A stretch of DNA of 64,000 nt from contig NZ_QNRR01000013.1 in NCBI RefSeq assembly GCF_003315205.1, forward strand, positions 131,959-195,958, given 5' to 3'. The first letter of the stretch is position 1. Every line of letters begins with the position of its first letter. Below the pieces are notes generated by a model. The model was not told the origin of the DNA, did no database searches, and worked only from the letters and a program-made list of their open reading frames with translations. The stretch comes from Roseimicrobium gellanilyticum (lineage in GTDB: Bacteria; Verrucomicrobiota; Verrucomicrobiia; Verrucomicrobiales; Verrucomicrobiaceae). Made by a program: the position numbers and the translations under genes. Positions 19,876-29,980 of this stretch are shown here, in pieces.

Positions 19876-19956
19876 CCAGTAAACAGTGTTCAGTAATCAG
19901 TATTCAGAAGCTTCCCTCTGATTACTGACTTACTGTTTACTGACCTACTGAATACT
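19876..19956. promoter_or_regulatory. Array of short tandem repeats just upstream of the cupin gene: 5x CAGT (period 7-8 bp) followed by 4x ACTG(A) (period 8-9 bp). Candidate operator or iteron-like site.
   Basis: cCAGTaaaCAGTgttCAGTaatCAGTattCAGaag … ttACTGActtACTGtttACTGAcctACTGAatac. Confidence 0.5.
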
Positions 19957-19965
19957 TCGGCGCTG

Positions 19966-20835
19966 CTACTTCACCGGCTTCACGGTCCGCTTCAGCGTAA
20001 ACGGAGCGCTCAATTCCAGCGCTGTGCCCGGGGGCAGCTTCGGGTCATTGGCTTTCGCGCCGGAGACCTTGAGCGTGCCTTGCAGGTTCATTTCCACATC
20101 GACCATGTCGCGAGGTTCGCGCCAGATGTCCCCCTGCACATCCAGCGTGATGGTGGCGGGATTTTTCTCGCTGGGGGCGATTTTGAAGAAACCGGTCACT
20201 CCAAGCCGGGCGCAGCGGGAGCCAGCCTTTTCCTCTACGTCCACGAAGGTGAAGTTCAGGTCGATGGTCAAGGGCGACGCCGTCTTCCCATTTCCCTTGG
20301 TGAGAAAGGTGGTGTCCGCCTTCCACGTCTCACCCTTTTTCCGGGCCTGGGTGCCATAAAGGTAAGGCCAGAGGGCGAGCAGACCGGTGCGACCGGCGAA
20401 GGCATCGAGTGCCTTCTGTTCCTCCTGCGAAGGCTTCACGTCCTTGAACTCGAACTTCCACGCATCTTGTTCCTTCTTCCCGAGCATCTTCTTGCCTAGC
20501 AGCACACCGCCCTGCATTTGATCTGCTGTCTGCCCGAGAAAGGCGAGCGTGCCCTGCAGGGTGCTCTCCTGCATCCGGGCCTCCTGCCTGCCCACGCCGG
20601 TGTGCTTCCGCTCCACGATCTCGTGAAAGCTGAAGTATCCGCCACCATCAATGGCTTGATTCCCGGAGCCCACACTGATCTTCATCCCAGCGACTTCCAT
20701 GCTGACGTCCTCCTGCCAGGTGGATCCGCGTTGAGGCTCCTGCGGTCGCCAGAGCACGGCGGACTGGGAGAAACACGGGGTGGCCAAAAAAATGGTGAGC
20801 GCCGTGATGAGGAGCAGGTGGGAAGGCGGAAGCAT
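19966..20835 (-). CDS. Secreted hypothetical protein.
   Basis: Signal peptide MLPPSHLLLITALTIFLATPCFSQS (ATG 20835). No recognisable domain. ORF could extend to 20901. Confidence 0.5.
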   Translation of the reverse strand: MLPPSHLLLITALTIFLATPCFSQSAVLWRPQEPQRGSTWQEDVSMEVAGMKISVGSGNQAIDGGGYFSFHEIVERKHTGVGRQEARMQESTLQGTLAFLGQTADQMQGGVLLGKKMLGKKEQDAWKFEFKDVKPSQEEQKALDAFAGRTGLLALWPYLYGTQARKKGETWKADTTFLTKGNGKTASPLTIDLNFTFVDVEEKAGSRCARLGVTGFFKIAPSEKNPATITLDVQGDIWREPRDMVDVEMNLQGTLKVSGAKANDPKLPPGTALELSAPFTLKRTVKPVK

Positions 20836-20970
20836 GGACGCGAACAGGTCGGAAGTCAGGGAGTCAATGTTCAACGGGGATGACGTGGTGCGTGAGAACA
20901 TGGTTACTGTGGGCCGGAATCAGAAACCTCGCGCTTGCAGTCGTGGCAGTCACCGCCACGGTGGGCAGCG

Positions 20971-21663
<693 letters not shown>

Positions 21664-21820
21664 GTGGTTTCGTGCAGAAAACCGCCGACCTCGCGCCAGA
21701 GGGAAATGGTCGGTGGGGTCAAGAGCCGGGCAAATGAGAAACAGTCCCCCAGATTCACCGGTATGACAGGCCACACCGGGCTTGCACTTCTGGCTACTTC
21801 AGGCATCCTTCGCCCCTCCC

Positions 21821-22711
21821 ATGGCCAAGCCCCTTCTCATCTACCTCGATGGCAACCTCGTTCCGGAAACGGAGGCGAAGATCAGTGTGTTCGATCACGG
21901 TCTGCTTTATGGCGATGGGGTCTTTGAAGGCATCCGCTTTTACAATGGCCGTGTGTTCCGCCTGACGGAGCACCTCAACCGTCTGTACGAGTCCTCCAAG
22001 TCCATCCTGCTGAACGTGCCCCTCACCTTTGAGGAGATGGAAAAGGCCACGCTGGATACCATCGCCGCCAACGGCCTGCGCGACGGCTACATCCGCCTGG
22101 TGATCACCCGTGGTGTGGGTCCCCTGGGGCTGAACCCTTACCAGTGCCCAAAGGCGAGCGTGTTTGTCATCGCCAGCAGCATCTCCCTGTATCCGCAGGA
22201 GAAGTATGATTGCGGTCTCACCATGGTGACCTGCGCCACGCGCCGCCCCACGGTGGCTGCACTCAGCCCGCAGGTGAAATCGCTCAACTACCTGAACAAC
22301 GTGATGGCCAAGATCGAGGCCATCCAAGGTGGCGGCGAAGAAGGCGTGATGCTCAATGAACAGGGCTATGTGGCCGAGTGCACGGGCGACAATCTCTTCC
22401 TCGTGAAGCGCGGTGAAGTCTTCACCCCGCCCATCTCCGCCGGTGGCCTTGATGGCATCACCCGCCGCGCCGCCATGGACCTGCTCACGGAAATGGGTGT
22501 GCGCATCCACGAGGTGAACATGACCCGTCATGACATCTTCACCGCGGATGAGTGCTTCCTCACCGGTACTGCCGCTGAGGTCATCGCCGCCGTGGCGCTC
22601 GACCGCCGTCTCATCGGCGATGGCAAGCCGGGCCCGCTCACGCAGAAGCTCGTGGCGAAGTTTAAGGCGCTGGTAAACTCCACCGGCACTCCGGTGACGT
22701 ATCCAGTTTGA
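21821..22711 (+). CDS. ilvE: Branched-chain amino acid aminotransferase (class IV PLP enzyme).
   Basis: Class IV aminotransferase pattern (…ISVFDHGLLYGDGVFEGIR…EC(T)GDNLF…). ~297 aa from ATG 21821. Confidence 0.85.
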   Translation: MAKPLLIYLDGNLVPETEAKISVFDHGLLYGDGVFEGIRFYNGRVFRLTEHLNRLYESSKSILLNVPLTFEEMEKATLDTIAANGLRDGYIRLVITRGVGPLGLNPYQCPKASVFVIASSISLYPQEKYDCGLTMVTCATRRPTVAALSPQVKSLNYLNNVMAKIEAIQGGGEEGVMLNEQGYVAECTGDNLFLVKRGEVFTPPISAGGLDGITRRAAMDLLTEMGVRIHEVNMTRHDIFTADECFLTGTAAEVIAAVALDRRLIGDGKPGPLTQKLVAKFKALVNSTGTPVTYPV

Positions 22712-22824
22712 TGGGTGATGCGTTAGCATCTAGTAGTAGGACAACGTAAGCCGCCTCGTGCGATACACGTGCCGTCCTGCTGCGTTCCTTTCTGTCACTC
22801 TCATCCTCCTACGCGCCTCCTTCC

Positions 22825-23403
22825 ATGAAATGTGACATGTGTGACAACGAAGCCACCGTCTTCCTGACCCAGATCGTGGATGGGAAGATGACCAAGGCAA
22901 ATCTCTGCGAGAAATGCTCGAAGGAGAAGGGTGTCACCGATCCTGCGGGCTTCCAGCTCGCGGACTTCCTGCTGGGCACTGGTCAGCAGAAGAAGAGTCG
23001 CGCTGCCGCCGTGGAAGATGATACCCTGGCCTGCCCGGCCTGTGGCTTCACCCGTGCCCACCTCAAGAAGATTGGCCGCATGGGCTGCCCCGAGTGCTAC
23101 CACACCTTTGCCGACGATCTGGAAAACATGCTGCGCGCCATGCACAAGGGCACCCGGCACGTGGGCAAGGTGCCAGGCAAGCAGCCCGCCTTCTCCTCAT
23201 CTGCGCCGGCGAGGGAGGAAATCGGCAGACCAGCCCCCGTGGCCACGGCACCACCGCCTCCTGCACCCAAGCCTGTGAGCCCCAAGAAACGCATGGCCGA
23301 CCTCAAGGCTCAAATCGAGCGGGCAGTCGCGGAAGAACGCTTCGAGGATGCTGCCAAGCTGCGGGATGAAATCCGGGCTCTGGAGAGCGAAACCCAGGCC
23401 TGA
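22825..23403 (+). CDS. UVR-domain protein with two N-terminal CxxC zinc ribbons (McsA/YacH-like).
   Basis: CDMC…CEKC and CPAC…CPEC zinc-finger pairs. C-terminal UvrB/UvrC-type motif ERFEDAAKLRDEIRALE. A Pro/Ala-rich linker between them. Confidence 0.6.
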   Translation: MKCDMCDNEATVFLTQIVDGKMTKANLCEKCSKEKGVTDPAGFQLADFLLGTGQQKKSRAAAVEDDTLACPACGFTRAHLKKIGRMGCPECYHTFADDLENMLRAMHKGTRHVGKVPGKQPAFSSSAPAREEIGRPAPVATAPPPPAPKPVSPKKRMADLKAQIERAVAEERFEDAAKLRDEIRALESETQA

Positions 23404-23474
23404 GGTGAAATGCCGGGGGCAGGTGGCAAATTTCCTGCAACAAAGGCCCGGCAGGTGAGTTAAATTGGGCAGTC

Positions 23475-23924
23475 ATGGAACCCTTCTCGAAAGACGATCC
23501 GCTTCACAAGCTCCTCGGCAAAAGCCGGGTGGCGGAGCCTCGTCCCAACTTCACACAGAACGTGTTGCGCGCCGTCCGGCAGGAACCCCAGAGGATGGGT
23601 TTCTGGGAGCGCTGCCGTGCGTGGCTGGAGGAGGAAAGTGCCTTCAAGAAGCTCAACCATGGTGTTTTGGCCACTGCTGCCGTCCTAACCTTGTCGCTGG
23701 TGGTCTGGAAACAGACCGACACGTCTGCGGGCAACCGTACTGATGTGGCAGCTTCCAAGTCAGCTACCTCCAGTGAAGCAGTGGAAGCAGTCTCTACTGC
23801 GGATGTGCCTGTGGAAGCTGTGGTGGCCTCAGAGCTGGAGAGTCTGGATCACCTGAGCGTGATGCTGGCCCAGCAGGATGCGTCCGCAATGACGGACAGT
23901 GAAATCGTCTCGCTCTTGTATTGA
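23475..23924 (+). CDS. Hypothetical single-pass membrane protein (anti-sigma-factor-like topology).
   Basis: N-terminal cytoplasmic segment, one TM (LATAAVLTLSLVVW), Ser/Ala/Thr-rich tail. Follows the UVR-domain gene by 72 bp. Confidence 0.4.
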   Translation: MEPFSKDDPLHKLLGKSRVAEPRPNFTQNVLRAVRQEPQRMGFWERCRAWLEEESAFKKLNHGVLATAAVLTLSLVVWKQTDTSAGNRTDVAASKSATSSEAVEAVSTADVPVEAVVASELESLDHLSVMLAQQDASAMTDSEIVSLLY

Positions 23925-24255
23925 TCCTCAATTCCAGGATCTGCTCCCTCGTCCAAAAAGACGACCATGGACGCGGCCGACTGCGATGAGCCATGCATGC
24001 CACACTGATACGGCGAAGGAATGCATTCTACTCATTACAGAAACGAAGCGTTGCTTTCCGTCTGGGGCTAAAACTTTTGCCAATGCTTCGTCATTACAGG
24101 CAGCGGAATGCAAAATTGTTGACTTCCATTTCGGGAAGGCGACATATGCGCGCCGCTTTCCGTCAGGGGGCTGGCAGGTTAGTGTATCTGGTTTTACGCC
24201 ATGGAATCGATTCACTCTGTGCAAACCATGGCGGCTTTAGTGAAAGATAAACCAG

Positions 24256-24732
24256 ATGAACCTCTACGTCAGTAACCTCAGCTACAACCTGACCGACAAC
24301 GAACTGCGCGAAACTTTTGAGCGGTATGGTGCCGTCTCGCATGCGCGGATTATCCTCGATCGCGAAACCGGGCGTTCCCGTGGTTTTGCCTTCGTCGAAA
24401 TGCCCAATGATGAAGAAGCCCGTGCGGCAATCAATGGCCTGAACAACGCAGACCTCGGCGGTCGCCCCCTCAAGGTGGTGGAAGCCCGTCCCCGTGAAGA
24501 GCGTCCCTACACTCCCCGTCCTGGCGGTGGCGGTGGCGGCGGCGGCGGTTACAAAGGCGGCGGCGGTGGCGGTGGTGGTGGCGGCGGCTACAAAGGCGGT
24601 GGCGGCGGCGGTGGTGGTTACAAGGGCGGCGGCGGTGGCGGTGGCGGTGGCTATCGCGACAAGGACAAGCGCGGCAGCTGGGATCGCGGCAAGCGCGATG
24701 GCGGCTTCGGCGGCGACGACGGCGGCTGGTAA
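24256..24732 (+). CDS. RRM-type RNA-binding protein with a glycine-rich (GGGYKGG-repeat) C-terminus.
   Basis: RNP2 LYVSNL and RNP1 RGFAFVEM motifs. C-terminal G/Y/K repeats. Confidence 0.85.
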   Translation: MNLYVSNLSYNLTDNELRETFERYGAVSHARIILDRETGRSRGFAFVEMPNDEEARAAINGLNNADLGGRPLKVVEARPREERPYTPRPGGGGGGGGGYKGGGGGGGGGGGYKGGGGGGGGYKGGGGGGGGGYRDKDKRGSWDRGKRDGGFGGDDGGW

Positions 24733-24934
24733 TCCCACCCCGGAGCTGGTTTTTCCTGCTTCCTGAAACGAACAATCTTCAAAAGCGGCACAGGGTTCCT
24801 GCGCCGCTTTTTTGTGTGCCATGGACTTCAAGGTTCAAGTAGAGCGCGGTGAGCTTTCCAAGACAGAGAGCTTGCCACCTTTCTGAGGGGACAAGAGTGT
24901 CCCCTTGGTGCTTACAAGCACTTGAGATCCCACT

Positions 24935-26092
24935 TCACCCCAACGCTCGCACCAGCGATAGCGTCCTCTCACCCGGCAGCGCTCCGAGTTCCATCTGGTT
25001 CATCACATAGGCAAATGAGAGCTTCCGCCCCGGGTCTGCAAAGGCGAGGCTACCGCCGGCGCCGGGATGACCAAACGCGCGAACGCCTGAGCCATAGATG
25101 TTGCGGAGTTTTTCTCCACTCGCATCCACCGCATCCTTCATCACGCCTGCGGCGAAGGCGATGGGGGCGTGCAGCACGGCATCCTCCTGCTGGGAAATGG
25201 TGGTCTCCAGCCATGACAGCACCGTTTCGCTCACATACCGCCTGCCGCGCCACTCCCCGCCTTGGGCCAGCATCGCGTAGAAACTGGCCAATCCACGAGC
25301 GGACCCCACGCCACCCATGCTGGCATAACCCGGCGCGAGTGATTCATACCGGTTCATCTCCTGCACCGCGCTCAGCCCGGCCGGTGATGCAAAGGTGCGT
25401 GATGTGACCGACCCGCGTGCATTGAAGGCCTGAAAAAAAGGCTCCTTCCCCAGCTCCGGCCGCAACTTCCCCGGATAGAGCGTGGCCACGCGCGACATCA
25501 ACTCCTGTGGAAGCCCAATCCAGAAGTCGATGCCCATGGGGTCCCTGAAACGCTCGTGAAAGTGAGCACCCAGCGAGCTGGCTCCCGTGAGTCGACGGAC
25601 GATTTCATCCAGCAGAAAGCCAAACGTTCGCGCATGATACCCCTGCTGTGTGCCGGGAGGAAACAGAGGTGCCTGTTTCTCAATCGCGGCAATCACCAAA
25701 GCGTAGTCGTTCATCGGCACCGCTTCATCCAACACGCTCAGGCCCGCTGTGTGGGAGAGCAACTGACGCAGGGTGACGTCCTGCTTCCCTCCCCCAGCGA
25801 ACTCCGGCCAGATTTCACAGACTCGCGATTCCAGGGAAATGCCTGCCTCCTCCATGGCCACAAGGCAGATCACGGCAGCCGGTCCTTTCGTGGCACTCCA
25901 CACCGGCACCATGCTATCCTCGGTCCATGGCTGGGTCCGCTCGCGCGTTGTGTGCCCTTGGGACAAGTGGACCACTTCCTCGCCCTCAATGAAGACCGAT
26001 ACGGAGGCGCCGATCTCACCGCGCTCGCAGAAGTTTGCTTCAAAAGCGTCCGTCAGCGCCTGCTTGAGATTCCCGATATCCGTGGATGCCAT
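24935..26092 (-). CDS. Serine hydrolase of the beta-lactamase / esterase (class C-like) family.
   Basis: S-x-x-K motif SATKG. ~385 aa. Fold-typical downstream motifs. Confidence 0.75.
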   Translation of the reverse strand: MASTDIGNLKQALTDAFEANFCERGEIGASVSVFIEGEEVVHLSQGHTTRERTQPWTEDSMVPVWSATKGPAAVICLVAMEEAGISLESRVCEIWPEFAGGGKQDVTLRQLLSHTAGLSVLDEAVPMNDYALVIAAIEKQAPLFPPGTQQGYHARTFGFLLDEIVRRLTGASSLGAHFHERFRDPMGIDFWIGLPQELMSRVATLYPGKLRPELGKEPFFQAFNARGSVTSRTFASPAGLSAVQEMNRYESLAPGYASMGGVGSARGLASFYAMLAQGGEWRGRRYVSETVLSWLETTISQQEDAVLHAPIAFAAGVMKDAVDASGEKLRNIYGSGVRAFGHPGAGGSLAFADPGRKLSFAYVMNQMELGALPGERTLSLVRALG

Positions 26093-26100
26093 GACCTGCT

Positions 26101-26580
26101 CTACAGCAGGTCCTTCACATCCACCAGATCCGGGTCGCGACGCGCGGACTTTTTCAGGGCGGCATCCATCTCGAAGGATCGCTCCAGCATCACGAGCGCA
26201 TTGGTGAAATCACCAAGTCTCGCGTGATAGCACCCGACATTGTAAAAGAAGACCGCGCGCTCCTGCAGCGAGGGCGGGCCGTTCACCAGGAGGTCCAGAG
26301 CTTCCTTGGTGCGACCCAGCTCATGCAGGCAGTAGGCTTCATGGATGAAGCCGCCAGGCTCGGTGGGTTGCTTCTCACGGAGACGGCGGGCGAGAGCCAG
26401 GGCATCCTCCCAGCGCTTTTCCCCCATGAGACTGAGGACAAAAATCTCCATCACGTCGCCACGCGAGAGCATTTCCGCAGGGAGCGAGTTCAGCTCGCGC
26501 CACACTTCCTGGTACATGCCGAGCTCAAGGTATCCCTGCGCGGCGAGGATGCTGCGATCATGGGGATTCATGCGGTACAC
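26101..26580 (-). CDS. TPR-repeat protein.
   Basis: Three to four TPR-like helical repeats (…EDALALARRLREKQP…; …VGCYHARLGDFTNALVMLERSFEMD…). Confidence 0.55.
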   Translation of the reverse strand: MYRMNPHDRSILAAQGYLELGMYQEVWRELNSLPAEMLSRGDVMEIFVLSLMGEKRWEDALALARRLREKQPTEPGGFIHEAYCLHELGRTKEALDLLVNGPPSLQERAVFFYNVGCYHARLGDFTNALVMLERSFEMDAALKKSARRDPDLVDVKDLL

Positions 26581-26660
26581 AATGCCTGGCGGTCATGAGC
26601 AGTATGCGGGCAAACTCGCATCTCATTTGCAAGCGTGCCATGAGAACGTAAATCGAACCC

Positions 26661-27626
26661 ATGAACAAGGCTTTTGTTTTGGGCGCGGGACTTGGCACGA
26701 GGCTGCGACCTCTCACGGATCAGCTTCCCAAGCCGCTGATCCCTGTGTTTCACAAGCCGCTGATCACCTGTGCGTTTGAGCATTTGCTGAGAGCTGGAGT
26801 GCGCGAGTTCATTGTGAATACGCATCATCTCCCCGAATGCTACGCAGAAGCGTTTCCCACCGGTGAATATCATGGCGCCCCCATCACCTTCCGTCACGAG
26901 CCGGTACTGCTGGAGACTGCAGGAGGCATCGCCAACATCGCGGACCTCGTGCGCAATGAATCTTTCCTTGTGTACAACGGTGACATCCTCACGGACCTGC
27001 CCCTGCAGCCGTTGCTTGAGGAGCACGCGAAGGGGAAGAACCTGGTGACGCTGGTGCTGCGCTCGAGCGGACCCTCGAAGCACATCGCCTTTGACGCCTC
27101 GTCGGGGACAGTGACTGATATCCGAGGCAAACTGGGCACCGGAGACATGGGCACGCATCAGTTCACGGGCATCTACGCCGTGAGCCCGGAATTTCTGAAT
27201 CGCCTTACACCGGGGAAGATCGAATCCGTCATCCCGGTATGGCTGGAGTGCATCAAACGCGGTGAACGCATTGGCGCGGTGGTGGCAGATGAAGGCCAGT
27301 GGTGGGATCTGGGAGATCGCGAGAGCTACCTGGATGCGCACGCAGCCCTCTGGGGCGGCGTGGAGAACGGCCAGCTCAAGTACCTGGCTGATGGACTCGC
27401 GCCAGCCAATGTCAGCTTTGTCTCGCCCAAGGCTGAGGTGCATCATTCGGCCTCGCTGAAGGGCGTGAATGTGATCTCCGATGGTGCAGTGGTGGGTGTG
27501 AATGCCACCCTGAGGGATTGCATCCTCTGGCCCGGAGCCAAGGTCGCGAACCTGGCGTTCCTGAACCGTTGCATTGTGCGCAGTGGCATGACGGCTGAAG
27601 GAGTGCTCAACGGGAAAGATGTGTAG
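26661..27626 (+). CDS. Sugar-phosphate nucleotidyltransferase (MurU-like N-acetylmuramate-1-phosphate uridylyltransferase candidate).
   Basis: N-terminal GAGLGTRLRPLT…KPL motif of the NTP_transferase family. 3' end overlaps the kinase ORF. Confidence 0.7.
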   Translation: MNKAFVLGAGLGTRLRPLTDQLPKPLIPVFHKPLITCAFEHLLRAGVREFIVNTHHLPECYAEAFPTGEYHGAPITFRHEPVLLETAGGIANIADLVRNESFLVYNGDILTDLPLQPLLEEHAKGKNLVTLVLRSSGPSKHIAFDASSGTVTDIRGKLGTGDMGTHQFTGIYAVSPEFLNRLTPGKIESVIPVWLECIKRGERIGAVVADEGQWWDLGDRESYLDAHAALWGGVENGQLKYLADGLAPANVSFVSPKAEVHHSASLKGVNVISDGAVVGVNATLRDCILWPGAKVANLAFLNRCIVRSGMTAEGVLNGKDV

Positions 27627-27681
27627 GGATGGCTTGCAATCCGGGCCGGGGCATCCAAGACTCCGCCCTTCCGCCCCGCCC

Positions 27682-28662
27682 ATGCCCGACGACTCCGAAC
27701 TGCTTCAGCTTACCCGCAAGGCCCTTCCAGACTGGCCCCGTGCCATGGCGTTGGAGGCGATTGTGAAGGGGGGCTCGGATCGGCGCTTCTATCGTTTGGG
27801 CTTTGAGAGCTCCACGGAAGCCGGCGTGATCCTCATGGTGTACACCATGGCGCGTCCGGACAATCCCCGCTTCGTTCCCGCCACCTACCGTCTTGCCGGA
27901 TTGGGTGTGCAGGTGCCGCGCATCTTCGCCCATGATGCGGAGGCCATGTGCGTGTGGGTGGAGGATCTCGGCAATGTCGATCTGCACGCCTATCGCGAGG
28001 AACCGTGGGAAACACGGCGCCCCCTCTACCAGGCGACCCTCACAGAAGTAGCACATCTGCATAGCGTGGATGCGGCAGCGCTCAGCACGGAAGACATCGC
28101 CGAGATGGAACTGTGCTTCGACGAAGCGCTGTATGAGTGGGAGCAGAACTACTTCCTCACGCACTTCGTGAAGGGATTCTCCGGAAGGGACACGAGCACG
28201 CCTGAGTTTGCAAAGGCGCGCGAGGCCCTCCAATCCCTGCGCTGCCATCTTGCCTCACTGCCACGCGGGCTCGTACATCGTGATTTCCAGAGCCAGAACG
28301 TGCTCATTCGTGAAGGCTCCGCCTGGCTCATCGACTATCAAGGTGTGCGCCCCGGTCTTGCGGAGTATGACCTTGCCTCACTGCTCCTGGATCCGTATGT
28401 GACGCTTTCGGATGAAGAGCGTGATGAGCTGCTGGCGTGGTACGCCTCACATACCGGGCGCGATCTCTCAGCGATGCATGAGACTTATCTTTTGTGCGCC
28501 GCGCAGCGTCTCATGCAGGCTCTCGGTGCGTATGCCAATCTCAGCCGCAACCTGAACAAGCCGCACTTCGAGCAGCACATTCCCGTGGCGGTGGAGCGAC
28601 TGAAGACCGTATATCAGGGGCATCCGATGCTGAAGGCATTGCTGCCGTTGCTGGGAGAGTAG
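27682..28662 (+). CDS. Aminoglycoside-phosphotransferase-fold kinase (AmgK-like anomeric MurNAc/GlcNAc kinase candidate).
   Basis: Catalytic loop HRDFQSQNVLI and DYQG motif of APH-family kinases. Coupled to the upstream NTP-transferase. Confidence 0.65.
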   Translation: MPDDSELLQLTRKALPDWPRAMALEAIVKGGSDRRFYRLGFESSTEAGVILMVYTMARPDNPRFVPATYRLAGLGVQVPRIFAHDAEAMCVWVEDLGNVDLHAYREEPWETRRPLYQATLTEVAHLHSVDAAALSTEDIAEMELCFDEALYEWEQNYFLTHFVKGFSGRDTSTPEFAKAREALQSLRCHLASLPRGLVHRDFQSQNVLIREGSAWLIDYQGVRPGLAEYDLASLLLDPYVTLSDEERDELLAWYASHTGRDLSAMHETYLLCAAQRLMQALGAYANLSRNLNKPHFEQHIPVAVERLKTVYQGHPMLKALLPLLGE

Positions 28663-28730
28663 CCCATCTGGTTTGGAGTCCTGGCACTGGCGTTCATTTA
28701 GGCGGGAGCAATATCCGCCGGTAGCTGACC

Positions 28731-29858
28731 TCACATACTTCTCCAATACCGCATCCCAAAAAACGTCGCTTCGGGCGGAAGCATGCCATTCTGCACTGTC
28801 CTCGCCAGCACCTCACCCATCGCTGAGGAAAGCTTGAATCCGTGCCCCGAGCAACAAGACGCCAGCAGCACCTGCGGATGCTCGGGATGGAATGCGACGA
28901 TGAAATTCCTGTCTTCAGCATCCGTGTAGAGACAGGTCTTCGCACGGTCCACTTCATGAACCAGGGCAGGGAATGCCGTGTGCAGAAACGGAGTAAGCGC
29001 CTCATCATCGTCCCGGCGGATACTGAAGTCACGCGCGTCTGGATGCTCCAGATATTCACCACCACTATCTTCCGCGCTCTTCATGGTTGCGCCATCCAGC
29101 GTGGGAAACCCATAGAACGCGTGATCTTGCCGGGCCCATATCCAGACCGGCGTGCTGCGGAATCGTTCCGGCTCTGAAATGCGATGCCAGAACATCACCT
29201 TGCGGCGCACGCGCAGCGGGATGCCAAGCTTCGCAAACTCCGGCATCGCCCAGGCACCGGTGGTGAGGATAAGCTTGCTCGCGGTGAGCGTACGATTCGC
29301 CGTGCGCACACGCACGCCATCTCCATCCGCGCTCCACTCCAGCAAGGGTTCGCCTGCAAACAGAGCGGCGCCATGAGCACAGGCGCGTTCGGCATGGGTG
29401 CTCACGCAATTCTCCGGTGAGAGGTATCCACCATCACGATCGTGGTAGATCACCAGGTCCTCCGGCACCTGCATCGCCGGATGAAGTTCGCGCGCTTCTG
29501 CCGCAGTGATGCAATCCAACGCAAGCCCCGCCTCCCACGAGGCCTCTTCGAGCTTGGCGATGAATTCACTCTCCGATTCCCCGATGCACAGCAGTCCACA
29601 GATCTTCATCAGCTCTTTGCCTGACTCCGCCTCCAGCTCACGCCACAGCTCATAGCTGCGCTCCAACAGAGGCAGGTAGTTCCCGTCGAGGAAATAGGCC
29701 TTGCGGATGATGCGCGTCTCACCATGCGAACTCCCAAACGCGTGTCCCGGAGGATGCGGGTCGATACCCGCGACACGCAGCCCCTGTTTTGCCAGATGAT
29801 ACAGCGTGGCGCTGCCCATGGCCCCCACTCCAGCGACGATGACATCGTACGATTTCAT
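28731..29858 (-). CDS. FAD-dependent monomeric sarcosine oxidase / N-methyltryptophan oxidase-like oxidoreductase.
   Basis: [12 protein letters not shown] dinucleotide-binding motif. C-terminal CSGHGFK, the covalent-FAD Cys context of the MSOX/MTOX family. Confidence 0.75.
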   Translation of the reverse strand: MKSYDVIVAGVGAMGSATLYHLAKQGLRVAGIDPHPPGHAFGSSHGETRIIRKAYFLDGNYLPLLERSYELWRELEAESGKELMKICGLLCIGESESEFIAKLEEASWEAGLALDCITAAEARELHPAMQVPEDLVIYHDRDGGYLSPENCVSTHAERACAHGAALFAGEPLLEWSADGDGVRVRTANRTLTASKLILTTGAWAMPEFAKLGIPLRVRRKVMFWHRISEPERFRSTPVWIWARQDHAFYGFPTLDGATMKSAEDSGGEYLEHPDARDFSIRRDDDEALTPFLHTAFPALVHEVDRAKTCLYTDAEDRNFIVAFHPEHPQVLLASCCSGHGFKLSSAMGEVLARTVQNGMLPPEATFFGMRYWRSM

Positions 29859-29980
29859 GTGCGTTCCCAGTGCCGACAACTCAGCCAGTTCTGGCTCTCG
29901 TGGTCAATGGGCAAAACGACACAGGCACCCCCTCCTGCCCCGAGGCTTGCATGGGAGCCAGCCCTCGGCTACCGAAACTC

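Noticed and set aside
24163-24831. 222-aa minus-strand Ala/Thr-rich ORF, and polyglycine-coding repeats that might suggest a repeat array.
   Set aside because: It is the reverse frame of the Gly-rich tail of the RRM protein. The DNA periodicity is explained by GGGYKGG codon repeats, not by CRISPR or other arrays.
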